This document shows, piece by piece, positions 53,014-63,928 of a stretch of 64,000 bases of DNA. The position numbers and the translations under genes are program-made. A model generated the notes under the pieces. The model saw only the letters and a program-made list of their open reading frames with translations, ran no database searches and was not told the DNA's origin. The DNA is taken from contig CAVNZM010000017.1 in NCBI GenBank assembly GCA_963693365.1, positions 3,515,375-3,579,374 on the forward strand. The letters run 5' to 3'. Every line of letters starts with the position of its first letter. The stretch's first letter is position 1. This DNA is from Amoebidium appalachense. Taxonomy: Eukaryota > Protista > Ichthyosporea.

Positions 53014-54441
53014 GAATGGTTCGTTTTTAAACGGGTTTTCTTTGAGGAACGGCCGCAGCCACGACGACGAAGTGACATGTGCCAGTGGAATTCGAACTGC
53101 CAACTACTTTGCATTCCGATTGGTTAGTCTCTAGCTATGGCTTAGCCAATCAGTTCTCTGTACGTAAATGTAAGTGCAATGATTGGTCTTGTTTAAGTGT
53201 AGCCATATTTGGTCTTTACATTCCCCTGTAGCCAATCGGATGTTGTGAGCCATATCCTGCGTGTATATAAACCGCTAGCCCGCAGATTCGTAGGCCTCTC
53301 AGTCGCTGGCACTGCTCCTGAGCAGAATGTGTCCTTAGTCTAGCAAGTTGGCAGGGCCTCCTGAGGCCCGTAAACGGTTGTTTTCTCTAGTTAAGTATTT
53401 TGTTTTACACCGTTTATGCTGCCATGGCGTCGCGACTCTTCACGTGCAGCACTGCCCCTCGACACAGCTGTCCGCCTGGCCCCTTGCTGGCTTAAACTGA
53501 CTTCTGGCGATGGCCATGTTGGCTTCACAACCCTTGTTCCGCCACTCTGACGCTCTGCCCCGCCACACGTTTCGGCCCTGGCCTGCCTTTTGGCAACCTA
53601 TTTTCGTTTTGGGACGTCTCCTTAGCCGTCCTCGCCCTCGACTCTTTAGTCCCTGGGCGGCTGTTTGGTTCTGTACACGCGGGTTAACACTCAGCATGCG
53701 AGCGTTCCAACCAGTTGTCCGCTCTGCCTGTTTATTTGCAAACATTTTTGTTACGGCGCCTATTGCATTGCGCCAGCATGGGAGGTGTGGAGAGCACATG
53801 TGTTTGTGTGTGCAGCCTAGGCACCTACACACGACACTGCAAGTAATCTACCCCATTGCTGGGGCGAGTAAAGAGTGACGGCACAAGAATGGTTCGTTTT
53901 TAAACGGGGTTTCTTTGAGGAACGGCCGCAGTCACGACGACGAAGTGACATGTGCCAGTGGAATTCGAACTGCCAACTACTTTGCATTCCGATTGGTTAG
54001 TCTCTAGGTATGGCTTAGCCAATCAGTTTTCTGTACGTAAATGTAAGTGCAATGATTGGTCTTGTTTAAGTGTAGCCATATTTAGTCTTTACATTCCCCT
54101 GTAGCCAATCGGATGTTGTGAGCCATATCCTGCGTGTATATAAACCGCTAGCCCGCAGATTCGTAGGCCTCTCAGTCGCTGGCACTGCTCCTGAGCAGAA
54201 TGTGTCCTTAGTCTAGCAAGTTGGCAGGGCCTCCTGAGGCCCGTAAACGGTTGTTTTCTCTAGTTAAGTATTTTGTTTTTCCCGCCCACCCTCCCTTGAG
54301 TGGCTGTGGTGATGGCCTGCCATCTAAAATGTGTCCCCTTGGAGAGCACATGTGTTTGTGTGTGCAGCCTAGGCACCTACACACGACACTGCAAGTAATC
54401 TATCCCCTTGCTGGGGCGAGTAAAGAGTGACGGCACAAGAA
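53014..54441 (+). mobile_element. Non-autonomous YR retroelement (family 2): A1(53014-53406)-internal-B1(53788-53889)-A2(53887-54279)-spacer-B2(54340-54441)
   Basis: Two pairs of near-identical direct repeats in A-B-A-B order; GAA at both ends and at the B1/A2 junction; TATA (gtatataaa 53263) and CCAAT boxes in A; no convincing ORF. Confidence 0.88.
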
Positions 54442-54679
54442 GTCACTACTGTCAGCCTTCGGTCCCTGTTATTATTTACTGGTAGACGCAAGGGTGCACA
54501 CTCATAGGGCATTTCATGCAATCAAAGTTGGCCCCGGCCACATTTCTTGAATTTGGGGCCCCAGGAAAACACGTACACGGGCCACGGATGAGAATTCAGA
54601 CACTCATTTTGCTATTTGTTTTCTAAACTCCGAATATATTTTTTTAATGTTCTGGTTGCAGCACCTGCAGATATTCATT

Positions 54680-55184
54680 CAAAAACTTAGCTAAAAAATT
54701 GGGCCTAAAGAGACCTAAACGCGCTCAGTAGCGCCGCAACTGACCTCCCTGGGGCCGCGCGAGCTCATTATAGAGCGCGGCCCACATTTTTGCCTATGGA
54801 AATATGAAGAAATGATTTAGAACCTATCAAATCCATGAAATCTACCAAAATGGAATTTTTGCTGCACATCAACCAATGAAAAATTTTCACAAGTGGCTAA
54901 AACCCCTAGATCATAAAGACCAAATCGATTGCCGCCCATTTCGGACTAGATATAACTCAAACTCATCAATATATCCATATGGCATATCCCACAGAACATA
55001 AAAACAGCTACAGCTCCCTAAATAAAAATGCTAGCAGCCTGAAACTTTGCACACACATCAAACACACCATGGCCTACAGCATTATACTACCACGAAGTTT
55101 ACAGCACACTCGCAACACACAATTTCACTCCAACGGGGCTATCTAATTCTCCTGCAAAGAAAACACGTTTACAAACTTAATATT
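54680..55184 (-). mobile_element. Solo A repeat of YR family 1 (full length, no adjacent B)
   Basis: caaaaacttagctaaaaaattggg...acaaacttaatatt, colinear with 51599-52103. Confidence 0.93.
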
Positions 55185-55212
55185 TTATACTATTTTTGGG
55201 CTGGAGCCAAGC

Positions 55213-55310
55213 TTTAATAGGGTTTTTGTTGCACTTAAAGTGGGCCCCAGCGTCGCAAATTCCCGGGACGTGGCCGCACTACTACAGTAAAAAGTCCGAG
55301 ACGTCTTTTA
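55213..55310 (+). repeat. Left arm of a diverged inverted repeat (partner 62281-62366)
   Basis: Colinear blocks ggttttt/gcact/gggccccagc/caaattcc/gagacgtctttta match the reverse complement of 62281-62366. Confidence 0.75.
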
Positions 55311-55327
55311 GTATTAGATAACAAGTA

Positions 55328-55581
55328 GGTCTGTGCGCCCACTGCGCGGGCGCCAACTGAAGCTGCGGCATTTGGTCAGTCACGCGTAGGTCTGGGAAAA
55401 GAAGCTGCAAAATGGTGGTCTGACAGCTTGTGTCTGAAATCTAGACTCTAGAAACACTCTCGGGTGGGTCTGGGCGCCCGCTGCGCGGACGCCGGTGCAC
55501 GTGGAAGGTGACAGTACGGATGGTAGAAAGAAGTTGGGGTCTGCCAGCTGGTGTCTGAATCCTAGACTCTGAAAACTCTCT
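55328..55581 (+). repeat. Degenerate ~130-bp tandem duplication
   Basis: ggtctg(t/g)gcgccc(a/g)ctgcgcgg at 55328 and 55467; gtctg(a/c)cagct(t/g)gtgtctgaa..ctagactct at ~55418 and ~55539. Confidence 0.7.
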
Positions 55582-56313
55582 TTCCTTTCAAGTTCTCTTT
55601 TTTGGCCGGTTGAAACCCGCGCAAGGCGGCTTCCGCCAGCGTTTAGTCATGGATGGGCGTTAGCCATGACATCCTCTCCCAGGCCTCCGGGCGGATAACA
55701 GAGGCCCTGTGACGTCATGTCCGTCTGCAACACTTTCCCGGCAGATTAATTAGGCGCGTTCAATAGCCTTTTATAATTATTCGTGTGACGTAGAATACCG
55801 ACCACCCCTAGCAACCCTATATGTGAAGAACCCCCCCGAAACGTAGAGCCCCCCCGTCACAATAAAGACGGCAGTATAAAAGGGGGGGCCAGAGCCAGGA
55901 GCTTCAGTTTTTTCCTTCACACAAACACAAACCAAACTCGTGTCCCCGGTGTCAAGGCCATCCTGTTCATTACGTTGTTACATGGTAACAGGGTAGGAAG
56001 GTCTCCCTCTGTGGTGCCCAGTACGCTTCCCACGTTTTTTGCAGGGAGCCCGCACGGTGAGACCATCAAACACAGTACAGATTCACGCGGATTCAAACTG
56101 GATACTGTGGATAGGCCGCTACAAAACCACATTCCACATATCAATTTGACCGCGCGACCAAGGCCTCACGTCTAGCCCACACACTATCAAGCAATCAAAA
56201 GATAGCCCAAAATAGAGATATACTTCATAATTTACATGGACCACATCGGATTACTAGGATAACCATCGGATACACACCGGATTCCCCCCGACCTACGAAA
56301 ATTTGTCGTTAAC

Positions 56314-57560
56314 ATGGCAGCTGCAGCTCAAGGTATCACCGAGCTGTCGACAACGCTGCGGGCTATGCAGCTAGCACAGGCCCCACCCGTAGCATTCCCA
56401 CCCACCACACCCTTTGCCTGCTTGTGAGATTGATCCACAGGCACCGGCTCATGTATCCCCTTGCTGGGGCTGGTAAAGACGACGTTGGCATAAAAGTCGG
56501 CCTTTGAGGGCTTCAAGTACGACCCCACGGTTGACAACCCCCAGACATGGACACAGGCATTCTAGCTGGCAGCCCACGCGGTGAATGTCAACATGGACGA
56601 CGGCAAAAAGCTCAAACACGGGCGCCGGCTGTTCAGCCTAGCCGGCACCGACTGCGCCAACTTTGCCCTGCTGTGGCAGACATGGGCGCACGCACGTTCG
56701 ATGCTTCTCAACCCAGAGCTGACCGCACACCTCCCGGGTGTGGGCAGTGCGTTCGCCCGTCCCACCAGCGCGGCCCGGCACTGTTTAACGTCAACACTAA
56801 CCCAGCCTCCAACCCTACCACCCACCCCCACTACCCTCCTCCCACCAACCTGACCTACCACCCCCCTCAAACCAACCCCTATCAATCCCCTTCCCCCCCC
56901 ACCGGCCCCCAACAGCATGCCCCCCTTCCTACCAGACCTACCCTCACTTCCCCCAGTACCCCACCTACCCCCCCATTTTCAACGTCCAAACCCCTCTCCT
57001 TCCCCCCCCCCCAACCAGGCCCACCCTACCCGAGCGCCTGGAGGTCGCCCCCCTTGCAGCATGTCTCGAGCGCGGCCAGACTAAGAGGGCCGAAATGCAC
57101 GTTGACGCCAACCACTACAACTGCGAGCGGTGCCTCATTCAGCACAGCCGCAACTATGCTGGGTGTCCGGGACACCCCGACCACGACCCCAAACGTTGGC
57201 CGGTTGTGCGCCACACGACAACCCGCGAAACTCGAACCTCTACCCCCCTCGTGCACCCCACCGCACACTTCCTGCCCTCCCGCACCTGAAGACAATGAAT
57301 GAGCTGGCGTCCCTTCGGCGCGAAATGTGCAACCTCCAACACGACCGAGACCAAGCAGTGCGCAACCACCAACAGGACCTTTTGGCTCAACTGTAGGCGG
57401 AGCGTCAAAGGGGGGAGCGCCTTGAGTGCCTTTTCGCTGAGCGCAGCGACCTCCAGCGTATGGTGGCCATGATCCCGGGACCCATGGCCCACCCCCCCCT
57501 CCGCTGGGCTTTCCCCCTGTTGCCCCTGGGGCTACACCCGACCAGCATGGACAGCACGGT
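56314..57560 (+). pseudogene. gag-like ORF (capsid-like N-terminus, Pro-rich linker, CCHC-like finger, coiled coil), interrupted
   Basis: Removing 56398-56493 restores MAAAAQGITEL...PPVAF|KSAFEGFKYDPTVDNPQTWTQAF*LAA. Later CERCLIQHSRNYAGC and NELASLRREMCNLQHDRD. TATAAAA at ~55875. Confidence 0.55.
56397..56493 (+). mobile_element. Solo B repeat (with short spacer start) of YR family 1 inserted in the gag-like ORF
   Basis: cccacccaccacaccctttgcct fused to gcttgtgagattgatcc...gacgttggcataa, the reverse complement of 36040-36062 plus 35878-35951. Confidence 0.9.
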
Positions 57561-57644
57561 GGCCACCCCCCCCCCCCCCCCCCCCCCCCCCAGATCTCGA
57601 TCGTAGACTTAGGCTGATCTGCTGAGACGGATTAGTATATGTCA
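57561..57644 (-). mobile_element. Inverted 5'-terminal fragment of the chromovirus LTR
   Basis: Reverse complement reads TGACATATACTAATCCGTCTCAGCAGATCAGCCTAAGTCTACGATC...poly-G-tggcc. Confidence 0.9.
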
Positions 57645-57666
57645 AACCCCGTGCAGCACCGATGTA

Positions 57667-60600
57667 ATACAGGAGGTGAAATGTTAAGTGGCACTCCGGT
57701 GAATAAGGATGCATCCACTTGTGATGGGGGTAACCCGGAGTGAGTACTACCGTTTGGTATGAAGGAGGGGCATTGGACGGTGGAGCAGAAAAAATTGTTA
57801 GCTAAGTTATTTGATAGGACTCGGTTTGCATTTCTGGCCGATGATAACAAAGTAGGCTTCGTTAAAGGGTTTGAAATGCAGATCGACACAGGTGATAATA
57901 GGCCGGTAATTATGCCTAGCTATAGAATGGAGCAGTATAAATTGTCGGATGCGCTAATTATAGTGAGTGATATGTTAAAAAAGGGTCATGTGGAGCATAG
58001 TTCGAGTCCGTGGAGAAGTCCGGTGCTATTGGTTAAGAAGCCCGACGGGTTTTGGCGTCTAGTGAACGATTACAGGGCTCTGAATCGGGTCACGAAGGCA
58101 GACCAATGGCCTCTCCCTAACATAGACGAGCAGCTCTCACAGCTGCACGGCTATACTCACTTTGCTAAACTTGATTTAAAAGCAGCATTTTGGCAGATAA
58201 GGTTGGAGGAGAGCAGCAAGGAGAAGACAGCCTTTGCACTGGGTGACCAGCTGTTCCAGTACAAGGTGGTGCCGATGGGTTTGCTCTCCTCTCCAGCTAT
58301 GTTGTGCCGGGTAATGTATAAAATCCTCCACCCTCATTTGGATGTATGCCACCCTTATTTGGATGATGTTTTAATTAAAGGTAGGGTCGTTTGAGGAGTT
58401 AGTTAATAATTGTGAAAAAGTATTTTTAGCTTTGGGTGAGTCTGGTCTTCGTATTAGTGGTAGCAAGACTGTGATTGGTGTGCCAGAGGTTAAGTTTTTA
58501 GGTCATATCGTGTCTAGTAATGGTCTTTCCCCTGATTCAGAAAAAAACCGGGCCATAGTTGAGTGGCCACGTCCTCAGACTGTCACTCAACTAAGGCAAT
58601 TTTTAGGTTTAACTAATTATCTTCGTCGGTATATTAAGGATTATAGTATGCTTGCTTTGCCGTTAACTAGTCAGACAGGGGGGGAGAAGAAGAATAGAAT
58701 AGATTGGAATGATGATACTGCTGTGTCTGCTTTCGAAAAGCTTAAGTTAGCTTTGCAGTCTTCGAGTATGCTTGTTCATCCTGATTTTTCGGCCGGGGGG
58801 GGGGGGGGGGGGGGGGAGGGAGGGATGTTTAAAGTTCGATATGATGCAAGTAAGGTTGCTGAGGGGGCAGTGTTCTATCAAGTGCAGGAGGGGCAGGATA
58901 GAGTGATTGCTTATGCTAGTCGTTCGTTTAGTAAAAGTGAACGTAGATATAGCAATCCGGAGAGAGAGTCCCATGCTATCTTTTGGGCAGTCTCACAGGC
59001 ATGGAGGTATATACTCGCAGGCAGGACGTTCGAGGTCTACACCGACCACAAGCCTGCCTAGCCATGGCCGGCACCACTCGTCTGGTCAACGAGAGGATGC
59101 AGAAGTGGGCCGCGGCTCTCGGTGAGTTCTCCTATAAATTGTTTTATGCCAAGGGTGAAACAATGGTTGACTGTGATGCTCTCTCTCGTGCTGCTTGTAT
59201 TTTGTTTGAAGAAGAGAAGGAGGGGGAGGGGGGGCTAGTGAGAGACGGGGGGGGGGGAGGGGGGGAAGGGGGGGGAGAGTGAGCAGAAAGGAATAGATGC
59301 TGTGTATGTTGATGTGTCTTCTTGGGCTCCGGGGTTGCTTGCTTATAAGTGTCGGGCAGGGGGGGGGAGGTATTTGTCAGTGTCTGAGATCGGGACCGAG
59401 TCTCATGGCTCGGCCCCTGCCTTAGCACCTACGGCTTTGATCTTAGCTCAGGAAGAAGATGTGTTGATTGGTCTGGTTAAGAATTATTTAAAGGGGCCGG
59501 TTGATTCGATTAAATGTAAAAATAAAAGGCAGATGATTAAGGTTACCGTAGTTAGGTTTGCAAAAATGTGTCAGGTAGAGCAGGATTTAGTTTATCATTG
59601 TTCTGGGCCAGACAGCCACCGAGTTTGGGTCCCGATGGCACTTGTGCCTGAGGTTTTGCATATGGTGCATGAGCATCCCATGGCTGGTCATTTAGGTGTA
59701 AATAGGGCGTTGCTTCGTGTTAATCGTTCGTATTTTTGGCCGGGTATGAGTAGGGAGGTGAGGGATTATGTGTTGTCGTGCATGCATTGTCAGGAAAGGA
59801 ATGAGAGTCCCCACTCTCGTTCCCGCCCGTCGTTTATTAGGGATTTTAATGTTCGTATGTTTGAACAGGTAGCAGTAGATGTGGTTGGTCCTTTTAATTC
59901 TACGGTTTAGGGTAACACTGTTCTTGTTACCGTCACCAATGTGGCCACTCGTTGGTTTGAAGCTTTTCCTCTCCCCACTGCTAATGCCGTTTTGTTTGCT
60001 CGTATGTTTGTGGCTGAAATTTGTCTTAGGTTTGGTTGTCCTCGTGTTTTGTTAACGGATAGGAGTAGTGTGTTTTTAAATCAGTTGGTGTTGGAGGTTT
60101 GTAAAATTTTAAGGGTAGCCCATATCACTACGTCTGCATATCACCCTCAAGCAAATGCCATCTCTGAACGTGTGCATGCAGTGTTTCAGAAGTCCTTTGG
60201 CAAAATGGTTGATGTGGAGGCTAATGATTGGGATCTTATGTCTAGGTTTATTGCTCATTCGTATAATTCTACCCCTCATGCTGTGACTGGTTTTTCTCCG
60301 TTTTATTTGGTCTATGGGCAGGAGGCTATTAGTTTGTTAGATACGGCACTTTTGCCGATGGGGGGGACTGACAGACTAACTTATCCCCACTGGACTGAGT
60401 TCCGGGAGCAGCTACTAACCCAGGCCCGGGCTGCACGTGATGCAGCTCTGGCCCGTACACAGCAGGCACAAGCACGTGCAGACGTGTCCACACGTCCGTT
60501 ACGTGAATTTGCCGAGGGTACTTTAGTTTTAATTAGGGATCATACTAGGAAAAAGAGATATAAGCAGGAGCAGGAAGGTAAGGGTGAAGGTGACGGTCTT

Positions 60601-62016
60601 CGTAAGTATGGTAAGAAATGGTTGCCTCTTTTCATTGGTCCGTATAAAATAGTGGCTAGGTTAGGTCCGACGGAATATAAGGTGCAGAGGTTAGAAAATG
60701 AGAGTGATGTTAGATATTATAATGTAGATGATATAAAGAAATATTATGATAGGGCCCTTAGGGTAAAACGGCCGGAGGGCCGTCAAGTGTTAGATGCATT
60801 CATCCCCGACTACGACAGGTCGGTGGATGTATCGGAGGCTGCAGTAGATAAAATTATGGATAAAAAGGTTATCGAAGGTAAGGAAGGTAAGGTAAATTAT
60901 TATTTAATTCGTTTTGAGGGAGGTTATCAGGAAGATCAGTGGTTGCCTGAGTTTCATTTGGATTGCCCGTTTTCTATTCGTGCTTATGAAGCTAGGTTAG
61001 TGCAGAGGGAGTTGCCTAGTGCTCCCTCTAGGCCGAAGAGAGTTATTCCTCAGTTTAATCGTGGTGTGAAAAAGTCGGTGAGGGAGGGGGCGGGGGGGGA
61101 GTGATGCAAATACACGTAGACACACGGGGGGAGGGGGAGGGGGGGGGGAGACCGAGGAGGAGTGTGAACGTAGTCGTAGGAATTTAATTTATTATCATAG
61201 GTGTCTTCGGAGGTATCAAGCTTATGGTGTAGATTAATTTATTATTTTCTTCGTAATTTATTTAATTTAATTTTTTTTGGGAGACTGATTAGACTATGTC
61301 TTTTTAGGGGGTGTTAGGTGTAATGTGACCGAGGTGGGACTCAGCTTTTCCGGGGGCCGGGGGGGGGAGTTGACATATACTAATCCGTCTCAGCAGATCA
61401 GCCTAAGTCTACGATCAAGATCGGGGGGGGGGGGGGGGGGTGGCCCGGGTCCACAGATCATCAAGATCAAGTCCGGGGCCTCAAGATAGCTGTACAGCTG
61501 CGAGCATCTTGCCTCTGCCGGCGCAGGCAGGTCCACGTCAGCTGGAGCAGCCGACCAATAGAATTAGAATCAGTGTGTAGGATAGATCATAGGAGGACTT
61601 TGGAATGTGATAAGTTCGGGCAGAAGCCCTTGTAAATATTGGCAAGTTTTGATAGCGTATGCTGCCAAACGTATTTATATATTTCGATGTATAGGTAGGA
61701 GTAGAGGAGGGGGGGGGGGAGGGGGGGGGGGGAGATAGAATGAAATGTAGATTTAGACTCTCCGGTGCCACTAGGGGAAGGGAGAGGGGTGAGACTTAGA
61801 TAATTATATTAGTGTGAGCCGATCGACTTAGCTCGTGCAGGCGCACGATAGAGTTAGATCGGAATGTATGGAATGTGGCATCGTAGGGGGCCAGGTGATG
61901 ATGATCTCGTAGGGCACGGCCTTGATGGCCTCAGTTGTGACTTAGCTGGATTCCGTACGAATCTCAGTCTTGCCCGAAGGCCGCGTCTCTTAGTACACGC
62001 ACATAAGGATACGACA
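57667..62016 (+). mobile_element. 5'-truncated Ty3/Gypsy chromovirus: RT-RH-IN-chromodomain, PPT, 3' LTR (61371-62016)
   Basis: SPWRSPVLLVKK, DYRALN, YLDD, YDAS, YTDHKP, HHCC (HEHPMAGH...CMHC), DDE core (VDVVGP, TDRS, ISERVH), GPY (FIGPYKI), chromodomain VDKIMDKK...YYLIRFEGGYQEDQWLPEFHL; G-rich PPT 61352-61369. Confidence 0.94.
57759..61104 (+). pseudogene. Chromovirus pol with several stops/frameshifts
   Basis: Split over ORFs 57759, 58432, 58983, 59302 and 59941. Confidence 0.92.
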
Positions 62017-62280
62017 CCGATGTACAAGAACTTCAAAGTCGTCGCGGCCTATAGTAAAAACCCAACTTCTCATTAAATTAAGTCTAAGCTATTTAAAAGC
62101 TTTGAACAAACAAACGGTACCGTCACGGAAAAAGCTTCAATAAAGAGTGATTTTGGCACCTGGGTTGGGGGGTTTCTGATTAGTGGTTTCCGAAATATTA
62201 GCGAAAAACAGAAGTGGATAGGGGTCGTTTATACAGTATTAGCACGCACACCATGAACTTACTTGTACATTACCCAACCT

Positions 62281-62366
62281 TAAAAGACGTCTCCGACCTT
62301 TAAGCCAAATTCCGGAATTTGACCAGCTGGGGCCCGTATTTCAGTGCCCGAAAAAACCATCTTTAA
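62281..62366 (-). repeat. Right arm of the diverged inverted repeat (partner 55213-55310)
   Basis: See the left arm. Confidence 0.75.
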
Positions 62367-63859
62367 CACACATACATAAATCAAGGCTCAAAAATATTTG
62401 CTGTATACATGTACTGATGATAAAAAACCTAATCAAGTAAAATGTATGGGTTTTATTATTAAAAATTCCAAACAACTGTCCCAGAAGGCACCCGCGACGT
62501 ACGTGCGTGACTCGGAAGCGTACGTGTCGGGGCGCTAAATTGCGGAACAGAATATGCGATTATCCGACGGTTTCGTGAGCAAACCACAAAAAAATGGGTG
62601 CAGCAGTCACTATTTCGGTATAAATGTTCATAAAGTTTACAACCAACAATGGAACGCTCGTTTAATGAGCAAATTCGACAAGAACTTTAAAACCGATTCC
62701 GGTGATGATTGGCCATTAGCGTCCCCATTTTTTACCGAAAAGCGTTTACCAATCGTTAGAGGTGCCAGTGCACAGGGGATACATCACCGGCTGGCTCTTA
62801 AAGGGCTAATTAAATCGAATCAAAACACAGGAAAACAAAATATGGAATGCATTTTTGTGCACCCCCTTGACCCCGGGTTGTGGACCCCCTTGGCCCCGTT
62901 TATTTTTTTCTTTTGACTTCAAAGTAAACACCATATAGACCTGACCGCGGCGGCTGGCGGCTCAGATCGACCGAATAAAATGAATCATAGCGATCATAGG
63001 AAAGACATATGAAATTGACCCTTTTTTTTAGATTATTAGCTTTTATTGCCGCCAGAACCCATTATATGCTTAGTACGAAATACGCAGCAGGTAAAAACGC
63101 TTATTTTGATACCTTCATATACTGAGCGCAAGGCGAAGCCGCAAACTTTCGTATACTTGAACGGTGATGCACAGCCCCTGTATAGTAGCGAAAATTTGAA
63201 AGTTTGAGTTTCATATCAGTATTGACCAATCAAATAGCTTAGCTCAAATTCATAGTGTCCCCCCAATGCGTCGACCGCCGCTGATCAAACTGGCCCGAGA
63301 GGAGGCCGCTGGCGGCAGCCTGGCGTACTACAAAACCAAGTCTTACTTAGACAAAAATAATGGTTTTTCTTCGCGCTAAGGACCAATTAGTATAAAAAAA
63401 AACGTCGTTTCCTTGTCGACGTTTAGAGCTCAGCCTTGTTAGGCTTATACTAGGTTATAAGGGCTGATATTTATGGATGAAAGTGGATCCGGGCCCATTT
63501 GCTATATCAAGAACGCTACATTTAATTCCGCGATGTGGCTCACATTCAGGTCTATACATGTACACGACCTGGTGGTTGCCAGTGCGACACTGCCTTCCAG
63601 TAGCTTCTACTGGCTATCATGGAGGGGCGTTGCTAGGCTCGCTCCCGGACCTCGCGCTCGCCTGGGGTCGCCCCCCGCGGGCTCCCCGGGAAAGTTCTCG
63701 CATTATCTGGACACATTCCAAGACCTAAAATGGAAAAACTTGTCCTCCAATCATGTCCTGACTCAATCTTACACGTGCACCTCAAACAATAACACGGTCG
63801 CCATTTGAATCTCCCGCCAACCGCGATGCAAACCTGGCTGGTAAGGCAGGCGCACCGCC

Positions 63860-63928
63860 AGATCTATTCGAATCTATTCGCCAATCATAGGCCACGAGAT
63901 CTATTCGAATTTATTCGCCAATCATAAG
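63860..63928 (+). repeat. Two copies of agatctattcgaat(c/t)tattcgccaatcata
   Basis: Direct reading; period 37 bp. Confidence 0.8.

Noticed and set aside
56568-59910. In-frame TAG codons as evidence of an alternative genetic code
   Set aside because: Host genes NEDD8, UFSP2 and NDK use TAG as a true stop; the TAGs in TE relics fit CAG/TGG transition decay.
62554-63808. ORFs 62554..62916 and 63473..63808
   Set aside because: No recognisable domain, AT-rich repeat-like context, and codon usage unlike host genes.
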